Positions 50,917-63,844 of a stretch of 64,000 nt of DNA are shown here, one piece after another. Each line of letters starts with the position of its first letter. Positions within the stretch are counted from its first letter, which is position 1. Position numbers and translations under genes: made by a program. Under the pieces are notes generated by a model. It was given only the letters and a program-made list of their open reading frames with translations. It did not search any database and was not told where the DNA came from. Source of the stretch: Podarcis gaigeae (lineage: Eukaryota); assembly GCA_964106915.2 (NCBI GenBank), contig OZ066918.1; one strand, written 5' to 3'.

Positions 50917-52691
50917 AAAGGGACAAATCCCTTTGTGTTACTCCTCCAGGATGTGACGAGACTGAGGGCATTCGCTGTGGGTGAGTGGCATTTGAAGAAC
51001 TTCCTCTTAGGTAAGAGATTGAAGCATTTGGGCAGGGCAGGGGGAGATGTGTGTTATCTTGGCTTCCAAGTGAGAAGGGAAATGCTAGGGAGCCATACCT
51101 GTGTTGAATACATGAATGGAGTTGATCTAGCGTGATCGCTGCCTATTTGGAGATTCCGCTATTTTATATTGTTCTGCTGATTTATTGTCTCTTTCTTTGG
51201 TATGCTTTTCACTGCTTTGGAGACATTTGGCCCAAGAAGTGGCATATAAATAAGCTATAACATTATCAGAACCGAACCCTGAGGGTCTTGTGGGGGTCAG
51301 CAAATGGAAAACCAGGAGTATGGAGAAGAGTCGAATGCAGTTTTATGAAAGAAGGGGAAAATATCTAGCTGGAACACTGAACAAGATCATTCCGGAAGCC
51401 AGCATACTGTTTGTACCGCCCACTTGAAAACCCATATTGCCATTGCAAAATGGTTAATTCTTTCATTTCTTCATGTTTTCATTAATTTTAGAAGAACTGG
51501 TGCAAAATACACCAGACTCCTAGTTCCACAGGAATTATTTCAAAGGCATGCCTTAGCTAAGCAATAGGCACCCCCATATAGTTTGTGTGAATTAGAATGT
51601 CTTGCCACATCTTGAATCTAATATGCATGCAGCATCCAGATGTCTGATCTTCCAGAGCAATTTAATTTCCATAGCTGACTTGGCCCCCCTCCCCTGCACC
51701 TTTGCAGGTAGCTATGGCAACCAGCATTTCACCGCTGACATCTAAGCAGGCCACTGGTAACCATGATGACTTATTCAAGACAATTATGACTATTGGTTGG
51801 TTTCTCCTTTTTGTGTGTGTGCGTGGGGGAACATCTAAAGCATTCTGCATCTGTATCTTTGGGGAAAGAACGACTTCGTTTCAATCGTTTGTAAGTAGGC
51901 TAGACAATCTGTCAAGCACAGCCAAATCAACAGCACCTGTCCTTTGCTTGGCAGTGTGCAGATGGTGCCGCAGACCTGCCTGCACATCCCTAGGTGATAA
52001 TGTGGTATTTTGTTCCTCCAAACAACATGCTCCTCTGTACTGTGTGTGGAACCATATTTAGAAGAGCAACTCCTGTACAGAAACCTGTTATTTCTCACAG
52101 CCTGACCAGGGCAAAGGATGGAAAACACTTTGCATGACACAGTTGCTAGATTAATGACTGAGCTGGGATCCATCGTACATGTTTACAGGGAAAGCATGGC
52201 ACTGAACCCTGTGCGTGTTGACTTGAAAGTCCCACTGTGCTCAGTGGGGTATATTTTTCCTAATAAGTGAAGGGGGATTGATTGTTAACCTACCCTGAGA
52301 ATTGTAGCTCTGGGAGGAGGGGAATATGGTTTCCTAAAAACTCTCAGCACCCTTAACAAACTACAGCTCCCCGAATTCTTTGGGGCAAGTCTGGAGTGTT
52401 TAACGTTGTATGATAGGGCTTTTTTTCAGCCAGAACTCACCGGAACTCAGTTTTGGCACCTCTCAGGTGAGTGCCATTGCCATTATAAGAGAACAAGGGA
52501 GGTGTTCATACTGAGTTCTGACACCCCTTTTTCTAGAAAAATAGCACTGATGATAGTGCTTTAAAGGTATGGTGCCGATGTGGCCTTTATCCTTAAACTG
52601 GACTTCTACTGGGCAGCCCCTCAAACATGTGGCAGTTGCAAATAAAGGATTGTCCTCTGAGAGGCCTTCAAGTTGATAGTTGTCCTTTGCA

Positions 52692-52692
<1 letters not shown>

Positions 52693-52729
<37 letters not shown>

Positions 52730-52822
52730 ATAATAATAATACTTTATTATTTATACCCCGCCCATCTGGCTGGGTTTTCCCAGCCACTCTGGGTGGCTTC
52801 TAACAGAATATTAAAATACAAT
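52693..52822 (-). mobile_element. L2-type 3' end with (AGT)n(AAT)n tail
   Basis: TTTATACCCCGCCCATCTGGCTGGGTTTTCCCAGCCACTCTGGGTGGCTTC stem-loop after the microsatellite. Confidence 0.75.
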
Positions 52823-53752
52823 AGTAGGGCTCCATTGCCACACTAAGCTGCTCTCATCCCCTGTATTCAGAAGAATTAAGTATTCTCCATGCATGGAAGG
52901 GTTTGGGGGTGGTTGAGTTTGTTTGTTTTGGTAATTTCAGTATTTAAAGGCAGGAATGCATTTCATGGTGTTCTTCAGCTTTGAAAGAAACTTTTCTGTG
53001 GGAATACTATCTTTTAGGAATACTGATTGTAAACTCCTAAGGTTTTCAATACAAGGATGCCTTCATAAAGAATATTTGCCTTCTTGCACATATCATGTCA
53101 AAAAGATAAGACTGTTATGTCTGGAACAGAAGCAACAATGATATAACTGTTAGATTTCCATAAACGTTTCCAAGCTAAACAGTCTTCTCAGATGTTCGTA
53201 GTTTTCTTGAAATGTTCTTTGCCTGCCAGCTTTGGAACAGCCAAAGGAACCACAATGCAGTTCCTCTCAAGGAACATAAAGTCAACATTGACTCTGGTCA
53301 CACTACTTTAGACAGAATTAGGGCAAAACAAATAAAACCAAGACAGATATAACACTGTGTAAATTTTGTAAAATTTAATCTGGACACGTCCTCTTTGCTG
53401 ACCCAAGTGCTAACGTCTTGTAAGGAAATCAGCTTGGGAAATGTAGCTTAATTCTATTTGCAGCTTATTTGCAGAGAAGCTGAGGTCTTGCAACAGGCCT
53501 TGCTTTGGCACAGAAGTGCATTTTAGAAACTTTACAAACATTCTGTTTTCCTGCTGCAGGGATGAGGGTTTGCAATGTATTGTTATTGTTATATTTTAGG
53601 TGGATATATATACCAACCCAGTGGCTCATAAACTCAAACTCCCAGGTTATTTCAACCCTTTGGGAGTCACCAGCAATATGTTGTGTCAGTTGCAGTGGCA
53701 AAGCTTCTTGTCCGAGTGCATTGTGTTATTTGCTCTTTCCTATGCTTCCATA

Positions 53753-54116
53753 AGGGACGCAGGTGGCGCTGTGGGTTAAAGCCTCAGCGCCTAGGACTTG
53801 CCGATCGAAAGGTCGGCGGTTCGAATCCCTGCGGCGGGGTGCGCTCCCGCTGCTCGGTCCCAGCGCCTGCCAACCTAGCAGTTCGAAAGCACCTCCGGGT
53901 GCAAGTAGATAAATAGGGACCGCTTACCAGCGGGAAGGTAAATGGCGTTTCCGTGTGTGGCTCTGGCTCGCCAGAGCAGCGATGTCACGCTGGCCACGTG
54001 ACCCGGAAGTGTCTCCGGACAGCGCTGGCCCCTGGCCTCTTGAGTGAGATGGGTGCACAACCCCAGAGTCTGTCAAGACTGGCCCGTACGGGCAGGGGTA
54101 CCTTTACCTTTACCTT
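53753..54116 (+). mobile_element. Sauria SINE, full length, young
   Basis: GGGACGCAGGTGGCGCTGTGGGTTAAA head, GGTTCGAATCCC B box, (ACCTTT)3 tail; 12-bp TSD TATGCTTCCATA. Confidence 0.94.
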
Positions 54117-54159
54117 TATGCTTCCATATCTGACGTGCATTTAACTGAACGATCCCTTG

Positions 54160-54160
<1 letters not shown>

Positions 54161-54218
<58 letters not shown>
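54161..54218. repeat. (TG)n(AG)n compound microsatellite
   Basis: Direct reading. Confidence 0.95.
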
Positions 54219-54219
<1 letters not shown>

Positions 54220-54260
54220 AAACCTGTGTCCCTCCAGAGGTTGTTACATTACAGCAGGTA

Positions 54261-54475
54261 CAGTGGTACCTCGGGTTACATACGCTTCAGATTACAGACT
54301 CCGCTAACCCAGAAATAGTACCTTGGGTTAAGAACTTTGCTTCAGGATGAGAACAGAAATCGTGCGGCAGCAGCGGGAGGCCCCATTAGTTAAAGTGGTG
54401 CTTCAGGTTAAGAACAGTTTCAGGTTAAGAACGGACCTCCAGAACGAATTAAGTACGTAACTACAGGTACCACTG
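54261..54475 (+). mobile_element. Tc1/mariner(Tigger)-like MITE, same family as 50146
   Basis: TA|CAGTGGTACCTCGGG ... AGGTACCACTG|TA. Confidence 0.9.
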
Positions 54476-56321
54476 TATTCTCATTGGTCACATGGGCTGG
54501 AGCTGGTGGGAGTCAGAGTCTAACAACTTTCCCCCTCCCTATTTGATATACACCTATCCTACCTTTCAGCTGACGAGCGGCATACATAAAACCAAGGCAA
54601 TCAATAATATCTAATAAAACAACAAAAGTGACACAGTTAATCATGATAAAAAGCAGCATTACAGGCAAGAATTGTTGAAATTCAGCAGAATATAAATCCA
54701 GCACTTTTAAGTAGCAGGAAAGGGTGGAATTTGCCCATTCCCCCAAACTGTGATAATTTTAAATACTGTGACATTTATCCTATAGCAGTTCTGGGATGTC
54801 ATCTTTGCAGAGAATTCAAGAGAAGCATTTAAAGGCACCATAAATCATTAAGGATACATAGTAAATAGGTATTGCTGACAAGGCAAACTCCGAAAGGCTG
54901 TATTTCTGCCACATTAGTATTTTTTCTCTCTCTTCAAACTGCTGCTGTTGTCAGATTCAAGAGTGCGCCTTAATTTAGGCTGAGCAGCCGGCAGCCAAAG
55001 TAGGCCCAAGCTGAAACACTATTTTACCATTTCCTTTCCAATGACCTCCATGTTCTTAACGTGTGTGTGCATGTCGTGTGTATGCACATGGGAAGATAAA
55101 ATGCCACCAACCATCTGAGTCACTTTCTCCAACTAGCTTAGTATTGCCTTGACTGGCCATGGCTCTCTGGGGTTTCAGAAAGGGCTATTTTTCATCCCTC
55201 CCAAGAATGATAGAGAAGGTGTAGCTAAGTTGGTGCTGCCCAGATGTTGCTGGATTACAACCAGGGATTGTCAAATCTGTCCGTTTTCTGCCTCTTTCTT
55301 TCATTCAAAAAGGACATCTTGAAAATCCAACAGCATTTGTGTGCTCATTTTGCCTAATATACACATTTTTGCAAAGTAATTTCCCTTCATACAATGCATT
55401 TTTTGTATGTTATTTCCCTAAATATATGCATTTTTAGGCACACTTATACATGCATTTTTGTACACTTTACTTGGCAGGAGTAAAGTGCCATCATCCAAAG
55501 TTATTACTTGCATTGTAAAATTCAGAGCAGGGTGGATTTCAAAGGATGGCTGGTGTTTCAGTCCTCATTATTTTTTTCAGAAAGTGTGAATTAGACAGGT
55601 TTGCCTTTAAATAGGAGCAGGTTAGAATTTCTTCCTCATCCCACCATCCCTGAGCATCAGCCATGCTGGCTGGGACTGATGGAAGTTGCATCCCAATAAC
55701 ATCTGGTAAGCATCACATTGAACCAGTGAACTTTTGTATGGAAAGGTTGCACTCTATATATAAAGGTCGCAGCCCTATATATTTCCTATATCCTTGCAAT
55801 GGCATACTGTACACTTCTTGGATTTGTTTTCTTGAAGAAACTTCTTTTAAGAATTGCATCATCTAAGCCCTCACTTTATTCCCTTTTCCTGGATTCTCCT
55901 ACATGCTTCAGAAACCATTGACCCATGCACAGCAAAAGGACCACACACATTTTTGGTACACCAGCTGTTCATTTGTTTACACGGAGTGTCTAACTGCATG
56001 TCATTAGAAGACAACTGGATATCACTTAAATACCTAGAGGAGGAGCCCCAGCATTCCTCTGGATTAACAGTGATCTTTATTAGTATTAGTCCTCTTATTT
56101 AAATATACAAGTATTAATCATACCAAGTTGGTTGAAAATTTCAGCAAAAGTATTCTAGAAACATCCCCGTTTCCTTGATAATCCAAAGTTATTACTTGCT
56201 TACTCACAACAGAATCAAGTTTTTAAAAATATGTTGTTAATGTATCTTCATGTAGCAGATTTTATATATACAGGATGGTATACAAAGAGATTTTAAAAAC
56301 TGCAATGCAGTATAAAACACA

Positions 56322-56993
56322 GCGAGCTCAACGTCAAAAAAATGAAGATCATGGCCACTGGGCCCATCACCTCCTGGCAAATAGAAGGGGAAGAAATGGA
56401 GGCAGTGAGAGATTTTACTTTCTTGGGCTCCATGATCACTCCAGATGGAGACAGCAGCCACAAAATTAAAAGATGCCTGCTTCTTGGGAGAAAAGCAATG
56501 ACAAACCTAGACAGCATCTTAAAAAGCAGAGACATCACCTTGCTGACAAAGGTCCGTATAGTTAAAGCTATGGTTTTCCCAGTAGTGATGTATGGAAGTG
56601 AGAGCTGGACCATAAAGAAGGCTGATCGCCAAAGAATTGATGCTTTTGAATTATGGTGCTGGAGGAGACTCCCGAGAGTCCCATGGACTGCAAGAAGATC
56701 AAACCTCTCCATTCTGAAGGAAATCAGCCCTGAGTGGTCACTGGAAGGACAGATCGTGAAGCTGAGGCTCCAATACTTTGGCCACCTCATGAGAAGAGAA
56801 GACCCTGATGTTGGGAAAGATTGGTGGCACAATGAGAAGGGGACGACAGAGGACGAGATGATTGGACAGTGTTCTTGAAGCTACCAGCATGAGTTTGACC
56901 AAACTGTGGGAGGCAGTGGAGGACATAAGTGCCTGGCGTGCTCTGGTCCATGGGGTCACAAAGAGTCGGACATGACTAAATGACTAACAACAA
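56322..56993 (+). mobile_element. BovB (RTE clade) LINE, 5'-truncated
   Basis: ORF KIMATGPITSWQIEGEEMEAVRDFTFLGS...RIDAFELWCWRR is the BovB RT C-terminus. 3' end CATGGGGTCACAAAGAGTCGGACATGACT with (CAA)n tail; TSD CAG(T/C)ATAAAACACA. Confidence 0.93.
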
Positions 56994-57097
56994 CAGCATA
57001 AAACACATCCAACCGTACAATAAAATTAAGAGGAATAAAACCTCTAAATACAAAGGTAACAAAAAGCAGAAAAATCTGGCCCCGTAGCATCATTGTA

Positions 57098-57317
57098 CAG
57101 TCAAACTTCTACTTACCACTGCCTCTTCTTATGGTCGTTCCAAGTCGTGACCGCGGCAAACCCTGAAGTAACTGGCAGATTTGCTGCTGTTCGCACATGT
57201 GCAGAAGTGGGCAATCACTGCCTGTGCCTGCGCACAATGGTGCCTCTCCCAGCGACCCATTTTGACCTCCGGTCAGACCTCCGGAATGGATTATGGTCAC
57301 AAATAGTGGTTCCACTG
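57098..57317. mobile_element. Degenerate Tc1/mariner-like MITE
   Basis: TA|CAGTCAAACTTCTACTT ... AATAGTGGTTCCACTG|TA. Confidence 0.65.
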
Positions 57318-59180
57318 TATAATAACTGGGGCTGGCATCACTTCCCCATTTCGAAATGAAAAAACATGCCTTCCACTCCTTTCATGCTCTGTGGACTATG
57401 GTCTTGATCCCATTATCTACTTCTCTGAACTCTAGAACACGGACAGCTAACATGGGCTTGATGCAGCCCCACAAGCAATGTTTTCTTCATCACAAATTTG
57501 GTCAGATGTGGAAAAAAGGAAAGAAAGAAAGTGGTCAAAGTGTTTGGCACTCCGAGGGAAATGTAAATCACCCCCTCCCCAATAATCAGAGCAGTCATTT
57601 GAGGAGTGGGTAGGGGGTGAGCCATACACATCAGCTGAGGAAGAGTGTGTGCATGCATGTCTTGTATGTGTGTGCATGTGGGTGAGGACAGCCTGATAGC
57701 CACACCCACTGCCAACACACACACACACACAGTGTGTGTGCATGTGCGTGTAGAAGAGAGAAACTTGAGAGTAACTGAGTATGTGTTGGCCCCAGTGAGC
57801 TCACCCACCCCGCAAGAAGTCACAGTTCCGAATCGTTCAGTCAGGGAGCTTGACTATAACTTTATCATTTATTCCTCAAACAGGAATTCAATTGCTGTAG
57901 TAAACTTCAGGCTCCACCCAGATGTAACTAAGTCCAGTGCCACCTAGTGACTACCCTGTAGAACAACATTATCCATTCAATTCCTAGCACATTTGTGTAG
58001 CCTCAGAGAAATCCAAGAGGCTGCATAGCGCCGCATGAACAAGCTGCTCCCTTTCACATTAATTTTAAGCCAGGGAAAAATAATGTGCAGTATTAAAAAA
58101 AAAAAAAAAAGGCTTCTTCACCAGTCATCCTAGGTCACTATGACCTTAATAGCATAGCAGCTGTTTCATTTCTACATGGATAGCAGATGCTGAGCTGCAA
58201 TTCAAATGTACCCTGCTTGGGTCTTCTTCCAGCATAAGGCGATACACATTTCACACGCGTATGTCTTATTTCTGCTGAATATTTTGGTGCGTGTTCACAG
58301 TATGTTGTTTTTGTTTTTGCAAACAATATGACAGTCTCCATTAATGTCTATGGCCTCTGCTGTCTTGAAGCATGAGTTTAGATGCTGAACAAATTTCTCA
58401 GGACACAAAGTTCTCTTTGACTCCCCCTCCCTTTTACTTACGGTTCATTCATAGGCTGCATTTACACAGTGGTTTATTCTATTTCCCTAACTGTTAATTT
58501 CTGCATAACATTTGAGCTTTCACCTGACATAAAAGCACTTCTGGAAAACTAATGGAATACACTACTTGTTTAGCGTTCATTTCCAGGTTGTTTGATTCCA
58601 GAAAAAAATCCATTTGCAGACTCTTTAACCTGGAAAGTAGCAGAAGTGACAAAAGTTGGGGTTGTATACTGGCATACAGATATTTTCCGCTCGCTGTTTT
58701 CATATTAAATTCTATATGAAGCATTGTTTTTTCTTCCTTTTCCAATTAATTTTTTTTGCAGTGTCAGCCAGCTTTCAGATACATTGTATTTCCCTTAGTT
58801 CTGTTTTTAAGTATTTGAAACAATTTATCCCAACAAGTCTTTCCTACTAATGATTTGTGGGCTGTTTTAAGTATTGCAACTCCTGCAGGTACACCAAAAT
58901 GACACTGACAAACATGTAATGTGTGCTGATGAGGGAAAATGTTGCTTGGACATAGATATTTTACAAACAAACATACATACTGTACATACGCTATCTATTG
59001 GCTCTTGATCAATGACTTTCCATTTTTTCAAGAATTTGCCCATTTTACAAATAGCTTTTCTGCATTTATTAGGGGGGAGAATTCAGAATTCAGAATATAT
59101 GAATTTGGCTGGAGTAGGGCCATGTTCACCCATAAATAGCTGGTTGTTCTGCTTTTGTGTTGATTGAAAGAAGCAGCGTG

Positions 59181-59563
59181 CAATGGTACCTTAGTAGTTG
59201 AACGGCTTAGATCAGACATCCCCAAACTCGGCCCTCCAGATGTTTTAGGACTACAACTCCCATCATGCCTAGCTAACAGGACCAGTGGTCAGGGGTGATG
59301 GGAATTGTAGTCCCAAAACATCTGAAGGGCCGAGTTTGGGGATGCTTGGCTTAGATGAACAATTCGGCTCCGAAATGTGGCAAACCCGAAAGTGAGTGTT
59401 CTGGTTTGCGAATGTTTTTCGGAAGCTGAATGTACGACGTTGCATCTGCTTGAGTGTAGGAAGTTTCTGCATCCAATCGGAAGCTGCGCTTTGGTTTTCG
59501 AACTGTTCCGGGAGTCAAACAGACTCCTGGAACGGATTAAATTTGAGAACCAAGGTACCACTG
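59181..59563. mobile_element. Tc1/mariner-like MITE hosting two later insertions
   Basis: CAATGGTACCTT ... AACCAAGGTACCACTG; related to the 44315 copy in opposite orientation. Confidence 0.82.
59213..59348. mobile_element. Palindromic hAT MITE nested in the mariner MITE
   Basis: 8-bp TSD GCTTAGAT at 59205-59212 and 59349-59356. Confidence 0.9.
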
Positions 59564-60008
59564 TGTGGCGTTTCCCCGTTCTTTTGGAAATATCTGTACA
59601 GGGGGAGAGAAAGGGTTAATAGGTAGACCAATAGAAAAGCCAGAGGTGGAGCCTACCTGTTTTTAAAAGGCTTAGCCAGAGGTTTAGAAAGTTGGGAAAA
59701 AGCAGTTGGGAAAGCAGTTGGAAGAGAGATGGAAATAGAGAGACACTTAGTGCAGTTGGTTCTTGTGTGAGGGGAGATAGAAGAGTTAGAGACAGGATAA
59801 AATAAGACTAAGAGGGTAAAGGGTAACAGTGTTTCGAATGTGTTTAAAGTTTATTCGTGTTTGCAATAAACTACAATCTTCATTGTTAACTTGAAAACCC
59901 TACTGAGATTAAGTGTTTTACTGGGGAGAACCTGGTTGGTGGCAGCGGATTAGTGGTGTACGGGTCAATAGTCCGTGAAACGACTGGGGGCTCCATACAA
60001 ACACCACA
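59564..60008 (+). mobile_element. Solo LTR (Gypsy- or ERV-type), 445 bp
   Basis: TG...CA with inverted termini TGTGGCGTTT / AAACACCACA; 5-bp TSD CACTG at 59559-59563 and 60009-60013; CCAAT 59628, TATA-like ~59661, AATAAA 59865. Confidence 0.85.
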
Positions 60009-61296
60009 CACTGTATTATCGTTTATTATCAGTGTCAAATGGGAGGACAAAATCCTGCAGAATGAATAAATCCGAACAAATTGATTTGCCCCAAGTGTGC
60101 CAAGTTCAGATCTTTCAAATGTCTCTGGCAGATTACCTCTGGTATGTATCTCTGGGTTACAATAATCTGCCATGAGGTGCTAAGATTGAGTAAAACCAGC
60201 TTTCAGTGTCCCGAACGGCATTCAACAAGCTGTTGAAGGATACTGGAGAATCTGTCTCATATGAGGATCTGTCTGAATCAAAATCCATCTGCCATTCTTT
60301 TTTGTCAGCTATCACCTGCCCTCAGATTCTCTGCCAAGTTAAGATCAGCGTTGTTTTCTGCCAGTTGTTGCAGTCTGTCAAACTATTAGTTTGACCAAAA
60401 ATCTTTTCGGTGCGTTGTATAGTTTATTAAGGAGATGGATTGGTGGCCTCCTTCCATTTTCTGTAGTAGAGAGGTGCTCTGATATGCTTGAAAAAAAGAA
60501 AAAAAACCCTCAATGCTATTTGACTCCTCTTACAGATTGCAAGTTTGACTGAGGTGTAGACTACATGAAAAGCCAATTGCATCAACACCAATCGCATCCT
60601 GTTGCTGTTATTATTTTGATTATGTACATTGTGGCTTTATATTCTGATTTTATCCCGTGAACTGCCCTGAGAGGTATAGGGCAATATATACATTTGATAA
60701 ATAAAATAAATAATAATGTACTACATGAATAGAGGACAAAACTTGATTTTCCTGGTGTGCTGAACCTTGTTTATGGAATGCAGGCTCCAAACTGATTTAT
60801 TTGCCAGGTCATATACAGCTCCCTGGCAGGGCTCCAACTACAGGCCTCTGCAAGATTTCTCCTAGTCTCTGGGATGAGAGGGAGAAAGGAGTCTGGAGGA
60901 CAGTAGTACACATTTAATTCACTGTTCAATGCAAGCCATTTGGGTTTAGTTAGAACTGAGCAGACTTCCTGACTTCAGAGCATTTGACTTCCCTGCTGGT
61001 TAATTTCCTGATTTAAGCAAGAAATAGTTTTCTTTGCTTTATCTGCACAGTGTCAGGTCATGAGAAAACTCCACCAAATCATTCTTTACTAATGGAAGCG
61101 CTATGTTAAAATCATGGGAGCTCTTGCTCTCGCTCTGCTTGTTAGCAATGAGAGCCATGCTACAAAGTTCAGGAAAGGGCAACCCAAATGACAGAGCTTT
61201 TGTAGTTTAGCAAAAAAAGTAAGAGGTGGCATGAGAGAAGTCTGAAATTGTGCATGGCATGGAGAAAGGTTTTTTCCCCCTAGGAGGGGAAAGTGT

Positions 61297-62135
61297 AGGA
61301 CGAGGAGGTTAAGTCAGTTATGATTCACTGGGCCAAAGATTTTGGGTATAATATACAGCTGAGTGATTGGGTAAAATTATGGAAAGAAGGTTTAAAATTT
61401 ACTGCATGCAATGCCCTTAAAGAAAATGTGATGAAAATGATGTATAGATGGTATATTACACCTGTCAAGTTTGCAAAAATGTATAAAGTCAGTAATAAAT
61501 GTTGGAAATGTAAAGAAAAAGAGGGACCATTTTATCACATGTGGTGGGAATGTAAAAAGGTGAAATGCTTCTGGGAGATGATATATAATGAGATGAAAAA
61601 AATGTTGAAATATACATTTATAAAGAAACCAGAAGCATTTTTACTGGGCATTGTTGGGAGTGATATAAATAGAAAGGAATATAAGCTCTTTTTATATGCA
61701 ATAACAGCAGCAAGAATATTTATGGCCCAAAAATGGAAGCAAGAAGAATCACCAACAATTGAAGAATGGAGGATGAAGTTAATGGACTATGCAGAACAAG
61801 ATAAACTAACAGGAAAGATTCAAAACTGGCAGGACCAGAAATTCACAGAAGACTGGAGTAAATTTACAGACTATTTGAAAAGTATTCGTGAAGATCAGAC
61901 GATGTTAGTAGGTTTGCAAGAAGTTTTGTGAGGAGTATTATTGGAAGTATTGCAAAAATGGAGAAGAGGAAGGATGATTTGTTAAGAGATGTAAAGGCAA
62001 TATAAAGTTAAGAAATGCATAAGAAGTGGTTAAAACGGTGGATCATCTTAGGTGCTGATGGAAGTCTAAAAAGATTGTATAAGTGATAAGTTTTGTGGTA
62101 CATTTTATAATTTATATGTTAAAATCAATAAAAAC

Positions 62136-62186
<51 letters not shown>
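61297..62186 (+). mobile_element. L1/Tx1-clade LINE, 5'-truncated: ORF2 C-terminus (61320-61931), 3'UTR and (TA)n tail
   Basis: Zinc-finger CWKC-x8-H-x4-C (CWKCKEKEGPFYHMWWEC); AATAAA at 62127; approximate TSD GGAGGG(GA)AAGTGT. Confidence 0.88.
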
Positions 62187-62188
<2 letters not shown>

Positions 62189-63706
62189 AGGGAAGTGTCC
62201 CTTTGTGCTTGGGTCCTGCTTGTGAGTTTTCCACAGGCATCTGGTTGAGAAGACTAGTTGGGTCATTGGTCAACAGGCTCTTGTTGAGTTTTTAAGGAGC
62301 CCCGACCTCTTCCACTTTCTGTTCATTTCAGATTGCTCCTCCCACCCCACAATTACAAATGGAGACTTTCAACTATTATTTTCAGAATCTTCCAGAACTG
62401 GCAAAACTGGAGAACGTGGAAGATGCTCATAGCCAAAATATTACCATTTGAATTCACTTCCTATATGAGCATTGCGTTCAATGAAATTAAAATATTGTGC
62501 TTAATTTGCTTCCAAAACTGGGGGTTATAAGCATCTACTCCAGAGTTAATTCCCTAAAGCGTTCTGACTTGGAAAATTCTCAATCCCTTTGTGCCAGATT
62601 TATGTCTGAATATTCGGACATGACAATGCTAAAATGTAATTAACTGTTCTCCCTTGCTTACTGTATGGTGTAAACTGGGGGAAAGTAATGTTTGAAGTTT
62701 CCCTAATGGGGGCATCTGCTGGGAAAGGGAGAAATCACCCTTAATTGGGCAAATGCCTACTCAATTTTTGGGTGATTTCATCTTTGCCCAGCAGCCCCTT
62801 GTTTGCTACCCCGCATTAAATTTGTTTATTTAAATCATTTGAGGTCTCCTTATAGGACACAGTCCTCTTTCGTAGGCCTAAAAACAAGCAATGGACACCA
62901 CTGTTCGTATAATACAATTTAATATAATATACATAATTTTCAAACCACAAAATGTCAATAAGCCAGCAAGCTTCCCTGTAACTTGAGTTAATCAACATTT
63001 TAAAATATTATTCATAAAAATGGCAAAAATTCAGTAATCAGCAATCTAAGCAATATTCTAAAAACAGAGGACAACAATCTTAATACAATCCTCTTTACCA
63101 AAAGCCAACTGGAATAGATGGGTCCTCAAAGCACATTATTCAAGAGATGCCCCTGATTCTCCATGGAGGCTTTTTTGGGGGACACAGATGTCTGCAGTAG
63201 GGAGGATGCAACAGGAAGCTCTCCTCCTGTGAAATTTCTTATGTTATCTCAGGATCCAAAAAAATTCCCATATTTATCTTCATGCCTCTCTTTCCGTAAA
63301 TACCCAGTGCTAGAAAGTGGGGGAAATCCTAACGTCTACTCCCTTGTCCTCCTCCTGCCCTTCCTTTCACACTGATAATAAACAGATTGCTTCAGGGAAG
63401 GATAGTCACGGTTTGTATACACGCCACTCAGCTACATGCAGAGTGTTGTGGAGCCAGTGGGAATTGAATGGGGATCAGCATCTCATGCATCAAGAAAAGG
63501 GTTGATGTCATTAATCCTCTCTGACTCAGATAGAATCTGGCAGATACTCACAAGGACTATGCTCTTTTCCAAAGGGTTAATGCAGCAATTTTTTTTTCAC
63601 AGAAGGCTGCAGGATTTAGCTATTCAGCTCCCTGGGGAGAATAGTTGCTTTCAAGCAGGTTGTGTAGTGGCAGATGTGTATCGTCCTATTTCCTGTTCCC
63701 CTAGAC

Positions 63707-63844
63707 CAGCAGTTCTCAACCTGTGGGTCCCCAGATGTTGTTGGACTACAACTCCCATCACCCCTGATCTCTGGCCTTGCTAGCTAGGGATGATGGGAGT
63801 TGTAGTCCAACAACATCTGTGGACCCACAGGTTGAGAACCGCTG
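63707..63844. mobile_element. Palindromic hAT MITE
   Basis: Inverted halves; 8-bp TSD CCCTAGAC at 63699-63706 and 63845-63852. Confidence 0.92.

Noticed and set aside
53754-53835. Functional tRNA gene
   Set aside because: It is the tRNA-derived head of a Sauria SINE, with SINE body, tail and TSD.
56293-56832. 179-aa antisense ORF
   Set aside because: Shadow ORF on the opposite strand of the BovB RT sequence.
59563-59565. Non-canonical TG target duplication for a mariner MITE
   Set aside because: The TG is the start of the inserted LTR; the true TA flank is at 60014-60015.
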